Below, in pieces: positions 12,401 through 23,775 of a stretch of DNA of 64,000 bases. Numbering within the stretch: the first letter of the stretch is position 1; the number at the start of each line of letters is the position of its first letter. Origin of the DNA: Podarcis muralis. Taxonomy: Eukaryota. The stretch is taken from NCBI RefSeq assembly GCF_964188315.1, contig NC_135657.1, positions 76,074,001 to 76,138,000 of the forward strand, read 5' to 3'. The notes beneath the pieces are model-generated. The model did no database searches, was not told the DNA's origin, and saw only the letters and a program-made list of their open reading frames with translations. A program made the translations under genes and the position numbers.

Positions 12401-13918
12401 CTTTGCTATTCAAAAGGTGTTCCTTCCTTCTCAGATGATTCCTTGTATATACAGGGGCAAAGCAAAACGACTCAGTGCCTCTTTGGGGAATATAGTTGAA
12501 GAAGGCCTTCAAGCAGGGAAGTTGCACACCAGGAAGGGGGCCTGGCTTTTTGTTACAGTTTGATTTTTTTTTTTATGTTAACTTCTATTCTGCTCAAGAG
12601 CTAACTTTCTTTATTTTAAAATCATTTGGGAAATGCTTTTGGTATTAACACGAGGTGGAATTCAGCCCCACGCTCTTCAAGTCATTCCATCTGCGTGAGG
12701 GTTGCTGCTTCCCTCTGCACTCTGTTCTGGGGTATTTCTGCCCCCCCCCCAGCTGGACCTATTGCAGGGCGCATTGGGGGAGGAGAGCGGGGAAAGCCCT
12801 GTCATGTAAGGTGGAAGTTCTTGCTAATGGGGTTGGCTAGGTGAATCACACTCCCTGTATTTTCAACTGCACCAAAGCTGTTTTTTTCTTTGTTGGGTTT
12901 GGGGGCTTAGGTCTTCCCCTCCCCCCATTGCTTAGTATTGACACTGCTACCATCCCCCCCCCCCCATTTTTGCTTATCTGGAATTTTCATAGACTGGAAA
13001 TCATTATTCTGTGGAATTTACTACCAAGCATATGTTCTGAGGATTGTATTTTTATTCATGTCAAGCAGGTGTTTCCTGTGAACCTATTTGGCATGGATTT
13101 CTGAGGAGTTGATAGGTGAGCATAGGATTTAGTTCGATTGTGTGGAGCCCATTTTTTTTGTTTCCTCAACTTGGTGGGAGAATGTTGGCAGTAAAAAAGT
13201 ACAGTAGTTCATGTAATGCAAACAAAAGTTATGAGGCCTTGATCTCAATGTGAAGTGAAAACCATTTTGGGTGTCCTATTATGCCTTTTCTGATTGCATT
13301 CTTAATAATAAATGGTTATCTACTTTGCCTACTCTCATGCAGGCTGCAGTGTGTGGGTGGAATTTCTGTGTTTCCAGTTATTGTTGGATGCTGGGCTGAG
13401 TGCGGGCATAAAGCCCATTTGAATCTAGAGGGGCTGCTCTGGAGTAAATGGGCTGTGGATCATAGCCGCATTATGCTGATGCTGAATTGCCAGGTATGAA
13501 TCCAGCAGTTTTGAGAATGCTCACCAAACTGCACTGTTCCATACTATAGATCTGTAAAATCTATACATTTTATATATTTATAGTCCCACTAGGACCTGGA
13601 CTGTAAATTTCACAGATCTATAGGCCAAGACAGTGTAGCTACATATAATTGTTGCCACCATGGATAGGATATAGACATCAGTGCTGTCCAACCAGCATTC
13701 AGGTCCGGGCTTTTGGCTAATACCTGATTTGGTTGACTGTTGGGGCCGGGCTTGCTTTGATTTGCTCTGCCTATAAAGTTTGAGAATCAACTAAGACTGC
13801 AGTCCTTTAATAGCTTACCTGACAGTAAGACCCATTTAACTTCTGATTCTTAACGCCTTGTGAAGATGTACATTGTATGTTAAACTGTGATGTTTAGAGA
13901 CAAGTAGTGAATTATATA

Positions 13919-14127
13919 CAGTGGTACCTTGGGTTACAGACGCTTCAGGTTACAGACTCTGCTAACCCAGAAATAGTACTTTGTGTTAAGAACTTTGCTT
14001 CAAGATGAGAACAAAAATTGTGTGGCAGCGGCGCGGTGGCAGTGGGAGGCCCCATTAACTAGAGTGGTACCTCAGATTAAGAATAGACCTCCAGAAAGAA
14101 TTAAGTTCTTAACCCAAGGTACCACTG
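13919..14127. mobile_element. Tc1/mariner-type MITE, family A copy 3 (inverted, shorter)
   Basis: TA | CAGTGGTACCTTGGGTTACAGACG ... AACCCAAGGTACCACTG | TA. The interior is the reverse complement of copies 1 and 2. Confidence 0.85.
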
Positions 14128-17100
14128 TATTTCCAGTACTACTGATAGGAATAATTGTTTGAATCTAGTACAGAAACTATATGACACGCTGTCTTGACGT
14201 TTTATTAACTTTTAGCCTCTATGATTGCAGGCAATGCTTTAGAGCAGTGCATAAGCCCCTTTCACATGCTAGGGTCTTTTTCACCAGCATAGTGATCAGT
14301 ATCTTCCTTCATGATATTGTCCATAAGCATCTGGGTTGGAAGAACAGCCAGTGGGGATGGACTTTTTATGGTAACAGCTCTTACTAGAATAGATTGAAGC
14401 AACTTCTTCGGGAATTACTGAAGATGTTGGCTGTAGGGGAAGCTCTTCTAAGTTCTGGCAGTGCTGAATGCTTGCTAGCAGTCATGTTTCATACAACTGG
14501 CATATTGGACTAGTCTGTGAAATACTATTGCAATTTATTGCTGATATTTACTTACCTTTGTTCAGCAGAACAGCAATGATAAATCTTTATTAGTAATTAC
14601 AGGATGTCATCTGTCCAACAATCTTTGACTTCATTTGAGCCACAAGCATTAGTCTGTCAGTTATTGAATTAATGCTGAAACAAATGAAAGAGCTGCCTAG
14701 GCTGATAAGTTTTTGAAAGAGAAAATCAAATGGTGATTATCTCCTTGAGAATGCAGTCCCCCCCCCCCATTAAAATTTTATTGTTCTTTTATAATCTCTT
14801 CCTTCATAAATTGGATGTACATAATAATGTCATTTACTTAGGTCACAGAACTGGGGGAGAAAACTTCTAAGATGGCTTCATGACCCCTTTGAGCTATTAT
14901 TTCCCTTTGAAGGGAATAAGAGCCTTCCTAAGTACCCAATTTAATTTTGTTTTTATGGTTACATAAATAATAGCAGTGAAAGGCTTGGTATAGGGTGCAA
15001 CTGACTGCTCTTACAATTCATCGACTCAATTTTTAAAAACCAGCACCAGATTAACATTTTTATCCCAGGTAAACAGTATCTTGTTCATGAAGTATAAAAG
15101 AACATACAAATTGTTTTAAGATGACAGGTTGAAACCAGTTACTATCACTTCCTTCATTTTATCTGAATCTAATAATGAAGTTCAGCCATTATATAGGGGG
15201 AAATGTGTGGGAATGCATTAGATACTTGCAACTTGGTGGTCTTTGGACTGCCACTTAGACTGCAATCCTGACCCTGCTTACCTGGGAGTAAGTCCCACAG
15301 AATACAGTAGGACCTACTTCTGAGTAAACATGGTTAGGATTGTGCTGTAACTCAACTTCATCTTTACTGAAGATTTTGGTAAAGATTTTACTTTTATTTT
15401 TACTGCAGATTCATGTGTTATGGGACATTGTACCATTGCTGAAATAGGTCCTACATTTTTAAGGCTATGCTTGCACATTGTGGCTTTTACCGCAAAAGTG
15501 GTAGTTGTCACAAAAAGTCCCTCTTCCGTACTGCTGCACTTACAAACATGTGCGCACAAACATTTCCACTGCTCTATGAGACATCACCACAGCAGATCTC
15601 AAGCAGGCACACAAAGATGGCTTAAGAAAGTCACTGGTTCCCCCATGGACCACTTGGAATTTGCTGAGTGTCTTGGAGGACCACTTAATAATTTTTCTGC
15701 CTCTTGTAGCAATTGTAATGAACTGTACTAGATGCTGTATATGGAACACAGTTTGGAAACCCCTGGCCTAACTGATTCTTCATTCTCCAGAAGTGAGGTG
15801 AATTTCTAGACCTTCTCCCTCTCCTGGTGCTATTACATTAATTCACATGAACTTTAGTTCAGTTGAGTTTACAGACCACCTATGCTTCAAAAATCAAACA
15901 CTACCAGGAACTGGGACATCCTTGAGAATAATCTCAGCAATATATGCCAAGTCTCTAGTTTCTTCACTTAACCTGCTGGTTATTTTTACTGACTTGCCCA
16001 ATATATGTTAGAAAGAACTGAAGCACATAAGCAGAAACGGCTTCCCCTGTTTTCTGTTATCTTTTATTCTTCACCTGAATTATTTGTTCCTGTCATGCTA
16101 CCTTTTACATCACTCTCCCGTGGGCTACTGCTGTTAGTCTTTCCGTGCTTCTTGATGTATTATTTGAGTCATAGGCCTTTATGGGCTTTGTTGCCAGAGA
16201 TTTTTTGCAACTCATCGCAACTCATCGCAACTAAAAATAGCCCAAATTTCATTTCTCTTGCTATTGTAGATTGCATATTTAAGCTTTTTTCCCGGGGGGT
16301 GGGAGTGGAGAAAGAAAAGGATAGTCTTGGTTGAAATATACCTAAAATGGTTTGCTAAATCTCACTAAAGTTTTGAAACGTCTTGCCATTGTCCTTGTGT
16401 TTATGCCCCAGTTAATTATTAGCATTAGGACATACTCCATCAGCATCGATATCAAAGCTGGGTGAAATGGGAAAGGTGTGTATATGTGAAAGTGGTTAAT
16501 TGCAGCTCATAGTCGTTTGTAACTGCTGCTTTGGAAATGGGTTTTACTTCAATCTATCTGTAAAGCGGGTATGCAGGCACTGTTGGTGGTGCCTGCAAAG
16601 TTCTGGGCAAGGAACCACTTTTGAAAGGGGCATCTAAAGACCCATGGGGGTTGACATTTATTTATAACATTTATATACCACTTGATTATTGGAAAAAACC
16701 CCTCAAAGCAGTTTACAAGAAGGATAATAAAATTATCACTAAAAATTTACAACTGTAATTTAAAACTTACAAAGTTAAAATCACAATAGAATAGACTAAA
16801 ATGAATTAATACTCACACAGACTTCCTAAAGGTCTCCTACTCGCAGCAGAAACTTGTCTGAAGAAAGTTGTGCTGCAAAGGGGTTCCTGCTCCTAAATTA
16901 TGTCTGAATGTGCCTTTGCAAGGTTCTCAGAAACAGAATCTCACAGGACAATGCATTAGGAAAGAGAGGCTACTATGTACCTTTTTTTTTTTTTTTTGGT
17001 ACTCTAGGGTTTACTTGTGCAGCTCTTCTGATCATAGCCATATGCAGCACTGCATCCTCCCTTGATTTCTGTAGTAGATGCTTCCCCACCCCCAACTTTG

Positions 17101-17150
17101 TCTTCAGTATGCGTTAACACTAAGCAAAAGCAACAACATTATACTCGCGT

Positions 17151-17181
17151 CTAACCTTCTAATTCCTGCTTGATTTTTCAG
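17151..17181 (+). promoter_or_regulatory. GPR63: Branch point and 3' splice acceptor of the GPR63 coding exon
   Basis: CTAAC at 17151-17155, pyrimidine tract, then TTTTTCAG | at 17181. The exon would start at 17182, 157 nt before the ATG. Confidence 0.65.
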
Positions 17182-17338
17182 ACCAAAGCACTGCCATGAA
17201 GGGTGAAGCTTTACTTTCCCCCTGCTGGATCTCTAACTACGATTTGGGGCATGGCCATGGATCATGACACCACCCTTATATGCTAAAATGCCTTGAAGCC
17301 TCTTTATCTCTCCCTTGCATTCTGCTCTGTGGGAAGTG

Positions 17339-18595
17339 ATGTTTTTTTCTGCAATGCTGACGTCTGCTCATTCTGGGACATTCAATGCAACTTTTATTGT
17401 CTATGAAAATATGTACGCAAATATCACCACCCCCTCCTTCTTGGTTCGTAGTGGCACAACGCAGCCACTGAAATATCACTTGGGTGCCATGGTTATCACT
17501 GAGGTAACTACTCTGACAACCAACACTACAACTGCCCACCCATTGCAACCGGGCTCCAAGAGCTTAAGCCTGCCGCTCCAGGTAATTCTTTCTGCTGCCA
17601 TGATATTTATACTCCTCGTTTCTTTCCTTGGCAACCTTGTTGTCTGCCTAATGGTCTATCAGAAGACTGCAATGCGATCGGCTATTAACATTCTCCTCGC
17701 TAGCCTGGCTTTTGCAGACATGTTGCTTGCCGTGCTGAACATGCCTTTTGCTCTGATAACTGTCATCACAACCCGGTGGGTTTTTGGGAATATCTTCTGC
17801 AGAGTCTCGGCCATGTTTTTCTGGCTATTTGTCATCGAAGGGGTGGCCATTCTGCTTATCATTAGCATTGACAGGTTCCTTATAATAGTTCAGAGGCAGG
17901 ATAAGCTGAATCCATACCGGGCAAAGTTCCTCATTGCTGTCTCATGGGCTGCAGCCTTCGTAGTTGCTTTCCCGCTTTCTTTGGGAAACCCCAACCTGCT
18001 ACCTTCCAGAGCACCTCAGTGTGTGTTTGGCTACACAACAAGCCCTGGCTACCGTGCCTATGTGATACTGGTGGTACTGATTTCATTTTTCATCCCGTTC
18101 TTGGTAATGTTGTATTCTTTTATGGGCATCCTCAACACTGTACGGCACAACGCAGTTCGCATCCACAGCCACCCAGATAGCATATGCCTCAGCCAAGCTA
18201 GCAAACTTGGTCTCATGAGCCTTCAGAGACCCTTTCAGATGAACATTGATATGAGCTTTAAAACTCGTGCCTTCACCACCATATTGATTTTGTTCATTGT
18301 CTTCATAATCTGCTTGGCGCCCTTCACCACCTACAGCCTTATTGCCACATTCAACAGCCACTTCGATCAGAAGCACAACTTCTTCGAGATAAGCACTTGG
18401 CTCCTTTGGCTCTGCTACCTCAAGTCTGCCCTAAACCCATTGATTTACTACTGGAGGATCAAGAAATTTCACGATGCATGCTTAGACTTGATGCCGAAGT
18501 ACTTCAAGTTTTTGCCACAGCTACCTGGTCACACCAGAAGACGTATCCGGCCTAGCGCAGTATATGTGTGTGGGGAGCACCGGTCAGTTGTGTGA
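17339..18595 (+). CDS. GPR63: G protein-coupled receptor 63 (orphan class A GPCR), 418 aa, single coding exon
   Basis: True ATG at 17339; the track ORF starts 8 codons earlier on TTG. Seven hydrophobic segments with GN, LAFAD, DRF and NPLIY motifs. The C-terminus RRIRPSAVYVCGEHRSVV closely matches recalled human GPR63, and FHL5 synteny agrees. Confidence 0.97.
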   Translation: MFFSAMLTSAHSGTFNATFIVYENMYANITTPSFLVRSGTTQPLKYHLGAMVITEVTTLTTNTTTAHPLQPGSKSLSLPLQVILSAAMIFILLVSFLGNLVVCLMVYQKTAMRSAINILLASLAFADMLLAVLNMPFALITVITTRWVFGNIFCRVSAMFFWLFVIEGVAILLIISIDRFLIIVQRQDKLNPYRAKFLIAVSWAAAFVVAFPLSLGNPNLLPSRAPQCVFGYTTSPGYRAYVILVVLISFFIPFLVMLYSFMGILNTVRHNAVRIHSHPDSICLSQASKLGLMSLQRPFQMNIDMSFKTRAFTTILILFIVFIICLAPFTTYSLIATFNSHFDQKHNFFEISTWLLWLCYLKSALNPLIYYWRIKKFHDACLDLMPKYFKFLPQLPGHTRRRIRPSAVYVCGEHRSVV

Positions 18596-19147
18596 AACTT
18601 GCAGCAAAGGGACACTTGTTCTTTTTCTGATGTACGTAAAATTTGGTGGATTTAAATACAATGGCTTCTTTAGCTGCCATGTTTGTAACTTTAGTACGTA
18701 TTCCAGCTACCATGTGCAATTTCAAGAGAGAGATCATATTTGGACTTTGCTACTGGAGTATATGACTAAACAAAGATATTGGCTACAAACCCAAAAAGCT
18801 CCATGTGCACAAAGGAAGAATAATGCAGAGAGAGATTTCTGTTTGCCACAGCAGCTTCCACTGCTGCAGTTTAGGTTCCTCCTTCAGCAGATACAACTTC
18901 AAAGAAAACTCCTGCTATGTGCAGTTTCCCCCCTTGCACACGTGTAGCTTTCTGTGGATTGTGGCCACTACCTACAGCTTTCTGCAGTGGAGAGGAAGAC
19001 TTATTTGAATTATTTCTCAAGTTTGATGCTCAATGACTGCAGGTCCACTTAATTGTAGATGTTTTTAATGCTGCTATTTTATGGTACATTGGGCTGAATA
19101 CTTACTTTTTAAAAAAATAAAAGATGTTACTGTTTTATGCCAACATA

Positions 19148-19481
19148 GGCCGCATATCCACTATGTATTTAGAGCAGTATCATACCACCTTAAATAGTCA
19201 TGGCTTCCTCCAAATAATCCTGGGAACTGTAGTTTGTTAGGGGTGCTGAGAGTTGTTAAGAGATCCCTATTCCTTTCACAGAGTTACAATTCCCACAGCT
19301 CCCAGGGAAGAAGGATTGATTGTTAAACCACTCTGGGAATTGTATCTCTGTGAGGGAAATAGGGATCTCCTAACAACTCACTGCACCCGTAACCAACTAT
19401 AATCCCCAGGGTTCATTGAAGGAAGCTATGGCTCTTTAAAGTGGTTTGATACTGCTTTAAATGTATAGTGCAGATGGGACC
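19148..19481. mobile_element. Palindromic MITE (PIF/Harbinger-like) in the probable GPR63 3' UTR
   Basis: Left arm GCAGTATCATACCAC..AGTCATGGCTTCC..GGGAACTGTAGTTTG mirrors the right arm, giving a whole-element imperfect hairpin. 3-bp ATA flanks on both sides. Confidence 0.7.
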
Positions 19482-19999
19482 ATAGCAGAGCCAAAAGGTC
19501 TCTATTTAATTTAACATTTCCAAGAGTTGTAGTGATATTCAAAATAGATTCTACTTATCTTTGTGCACTTTAAAAAGAACTGTATAGGGGTGTTTTGTTT
19601 TTGTGTGTTTTGTTTCTTCCTGCAAGGGTTTAGTTTTTTATCCAACTTTTGTAGTGTTTCAGTAAACAATCTTTTAACAAACATTGTTTTCAGAAGGATA
19701 GATCTGCAAACACTGAGTTTATGTGAATCTCAGAAGCTCAGTGCATGTCGCTCTAAGTGAGGCTATACATAAATACATTCATTGTGGTCCAGCAGAAGTT
19801 AAACATGCTTAGGTCTCATTGAAACCATAACATTAAAATCTATGAATTTTAGTTGCTGAAGCACATGGGATTTTGTTTGGGGTCCTATTGATTTCAATGG
19901 GATATAAGCATCTTACATTTCTATGAATTTTACCTGTTCCGTGTCATAGGCTGAGCCCTGACCAAAAACAATTGATGCCATATTGCATTTTTTAAAGTA

Positions 20000-20224
20000 C
20001 AGTGGACGCTTGGGTTGCGAACGTGATCCGTGCGGGAGGCACGTTTGCAACCCGCAGTGCTCGTGACTTATGTGTCTGCGATTCGGCGCTTCTGCACATG
20101 CGTGAAGAGCGATTTAGCGCTTCTGCGCATGCGCAAGTGCCGAAACCTAGAAGTAACCCGTTCTGGTACTTCCAGGTTCGGCGCGGTGTGCCAACCGAAG
20201 CGACTGTAACCCGAGGTATGACTG
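20000..20224. mobile_element. Tc1/mariner-type MITE, family B, CpG-rich
   Basis: TA | CAGTGGACGCTTGGGTTGC ... GTAACCCGAGGTATGACTG | TA, with internal GCGCATGCGC palindromes. Confidence 0.75.
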
Positions 20225-23200
20225 TATACAAATTTCAGGGTGCAAAGAGCTACTTTATGTATATACCCAATGGAAACTACCATTATTCCTTTGGAATGCC
20301 AAGCCTCTAAGTCCATGTCACAAACTGTTTCTGAAACTGCCCTTAGTTTCAAGAGAGATTTGTCACCTGGAATAGTGGTGCAGTTGCTTGAGAAACGTTA
20401 GAACAACTCTCCTTTGTGCCTGTGGAACTAATTGTATGGTCTTTTGGATCAAAAAGGAAACAGTACTAACTTTTATTCATAAAGGGACCAGATCTCCACA
20501 AGGTACAAATAAAAACTGTTAATATATTGGAGCTATTATTAATGCACTGATTTCTTCTGTATGAGAGGTTTTTGGAGGAGGGAATTCTTTTAAAATGCTT
20601 TAGAAAGTGAGAGTAAGCAGGGGTTTCATACTTCCACAGGCATTAATAAGTTATCTTACTTGCATTATCAACCAGATTTAATTCTTCTCCCTCTTTCTTT
20701 AGTCAAGTCATTTTGTAGGGTTGCATCAGTTACCAGCTTTACTTGTCTTGATGTTAGCCCTACAAACACCAGGTCCTATCTGAGAAAATATGAAAAAAAA
20801 GTATGGAAAATTATGTTAGGAATTACTCGAGAATACTTGCGTGCAATCTGTTAAATGAACTTAAAGATGCCAATATATTAAATCTATCATCAGTTCTACT
20901 GTAGTTTACAAGAGGGCTAGATATGTTTTTGCTGGGGTTCTTTTTAACCTAATTGATTTCTTCAGTGGCAGCAAATGACATAACTGAAAACCACTACTTG
21001 GTCAAACAGGAAGAAGCAATGCTGTTCCTCTGAAAATTAAGTATATATATTTTTTAAAGTTGTGTTATGGAAGAACATTTCATAGACTGAGGTGTGTTTG
21101 CTGTTGATGCTACTTTACCTAACTTATTTTTACTGCAGGGAGAATTCATTGCCTCCCATTAAATCTATTACTAAATGTTATCACTCTCTAACAAAGGAAC
21201 TTGTCAATGCTGTCAATAACCAGTGCCATTGTTCTGTCTTCCAAAGGAAAGCAACATAACCCGCCTTTATGTGGTAACTGAAAGGGATCCTCACCTTAAA
21301 AGGGGCAGCAAGGATGTACTACTGATCATGCTTCTTAATATCTATAAATTGACCTTGGATATCTGAGCTGGGCAAGCTCTACAACACGTAGACATCTGCG
21401 CCTAAAAGCTTCCATTGAAGCTGGAAACCTATTCACACAGAACTAGACACACAGGCTTCCCTAGCTTGGACATCCATGCTTAATGCAGAGAACCACATAC
21501 TGTGGGAGTCCTGTAATCGGTTGGCCATCTTCATGTGCTTAACATTTGAATGGGGGCTATCAATGCAATAAAATATAAATAGAGAGGCGAGAGATATCGG
21601 AATTTGTAGGACATTTGTTTTTCATGTATTTCTGAAGAGCAAAATGTTCTTGAAGTTATAGCAGCAAGTTATATGCGGGAAAACAATCTTCCTTCTAGTA
21701 GTGCATTTATTTATTTATTTTAGTTGTATCAGAATATGTACTCTTTACAGTGCCTGAGGGATCAGGTCTTGCACCTCCCTATGCAATGCAATCATGTGCA
21801 TTGTATTACCTACAGAGACAAACACTGGCCTCACTTTTCTATCTTATTTTCTTTATGGGTGCAGGTTAGAGTTCAACACAGCCAGCATATCTTCATACAT
21901 CGTGAGACAGTTTGGGCATCTCATCCTTTAAAATTGTGGGGTGGTTCTTACATTAAATGGCAGTGTAAGGTATACTCGGGTGTAAATTAGTACTTCTGTT
22001 CCTGTGACTGGAAAAGTAAAAGTAGAATGGATTTAAATTTGACCAAATAACACATACCAAACTTCACTAATTGACTACAATGCACAAAAAAATGCTGAAA
22101 GGTTTAGACCTTGACATTTGCAGGAAATATTTCTCCTTAAAACTTTTGCATTCAGAAAATAGCTTTCCTATGATGATAAGGCTTTCCTTTGTATACAGGA
22201 TGATTCTGTAAACAACAAGCATTCTTGAAGCATGAGCCTGTTGTGTTGACTTGGAAGCAAGTCTCACAACATGCAATGGGTCTTGCTCCCACGTTATGCG
22301 CCTAGGATTGCAGATGCTGTCTTCAGCCAGCATGCCTTGCTGCACTAGGTGGTGAGGGTATGGCTATGCTTATGCTGTACAACTGTGAATTTACTTTGCA
22401 ACAGAATTTGGTATCTGATGCAGTATATGACAGCCTGACTTTTTTTAGTGGCTTAGAAGTGAAGAAAAAAAAATCCTGTTTCAACAAAAAGGTTGGAAGT
22501 AAGAGGTGACTAGACAAAATGTCTCTCCCTCATTCTCTCTCTCTCTCCCCCCTTTCACCTGCTCTTCTGGTCTTTGTTCTCTGGATTTTTAAATTGTGCT
22601 GCACTTGGAATAGGTAAATATTAAAAAGATCTTTGTATGCTAGGAAAGCTATTAACAGGATACTGTGTGTTAAAGGGAAACGTGAGCATGTGTGATTTTA
22701 AAATGTGATATTGTGATATAGCACCATTGGCTCTGTTGCTTTTCACATGCTGTTTTAGAACAGTGCCTTGTTCTGTTGGGATGAATTTCTATATCCTCTT
22801 ACACTTGAGAAGCTTTCACTCCTACTGGTAATCAGCTGCACACATGCATACATTTACACTTCTCTAAAGTTTACACCCGTGTTTACAGAAGTCATTTTGT
22901 ATGCATTTCAGAAGGCAACAGTGAAGTAGAGATTTCCCCCCTCTCCAGAAAATAAAAAAAAATAATGATGTAAATCATGCCATTAATAAATTTTGGTAAG
23001 GACTTTTACCCTTTGTTTATTTTTCAAATACATATTTGCTTGACGTTCCTCCTTTTAATAATGGGGAAACAAAAAAGGGAGGAGATTGCAGTAGGAAGAT
23101 CAAACTGAATGTGATTTTTAAATATATATATTTATAGCTATCTAAACTACTTGTCAAAACTGTCATGGTTGTACAAACCTGTTGCTAAAGGGGGTTTTCA

Positions 23201-23769
23201 CTGCAAATTATTGAGGGACATTGTACATGCCTTGAGGGGATTTACTACTTTGTGTAGCCTATTTTGTTTGTACAGAGAATAACAGTGGTGTTTCTTCTCC
23301 TCCCCTTCTGTTCGGTATTTTTATATATTTTTTAAAATGAATTTATGCATAAGTAGCTTCCCGAGTTTGATATTCTTTCATATATTTACCACCTACAGTT
23401 CATGAAACACTGTCCTGACAGAAAGATGTATTAGTTTATTTTTGCTATATGGCAACTAAGCCAATATTATGCACTTGTTGCAGGTGAAAAAGCTATGAAT
23501 TTCTAAAATCTGTTACTTTATAGAATTGATATTGGTTGTCAATGAAATGAAATGGTTTGACTTTCCTTTCCTTTTTCTTCTTCACAAAGCCAGTATGGAT
23601 AGGGACACCTCAGATGTAGAGTTCTAAACTAAAGGTGAAGCGTGTATGATGTACATATATTTTCCTTGGAAATAACGGGAAAACAAAGGGGGGGAATGAA
23701 CTTTGTCTAGCAGTCCAGAAGGAGCCTGCTAATGTTAACCAATCATGTCTATTCTTGAAATGCTGACCT

Positions 23770-23775
23770 ATTAAA
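23770..23775 (+). terminator. GPR63: Candidate distal GPR63 polyadenylation signal (ATTAAA)
   Basis: ATTAAA, then CA about 14 nt later, then GT-rich GTTTTTGTGTTTTGT. It ends an AU-rich, repeat-poor stretch. Other AATAAA hexamers occur upstream. Confidence 0.4.

Noticed and set aside
17315-17338. N-terminal extension of GPR63 in the ORF track
   Set aside because: It starts on TTG. The ATG at 17339 aligns with the recalled orthologous start.
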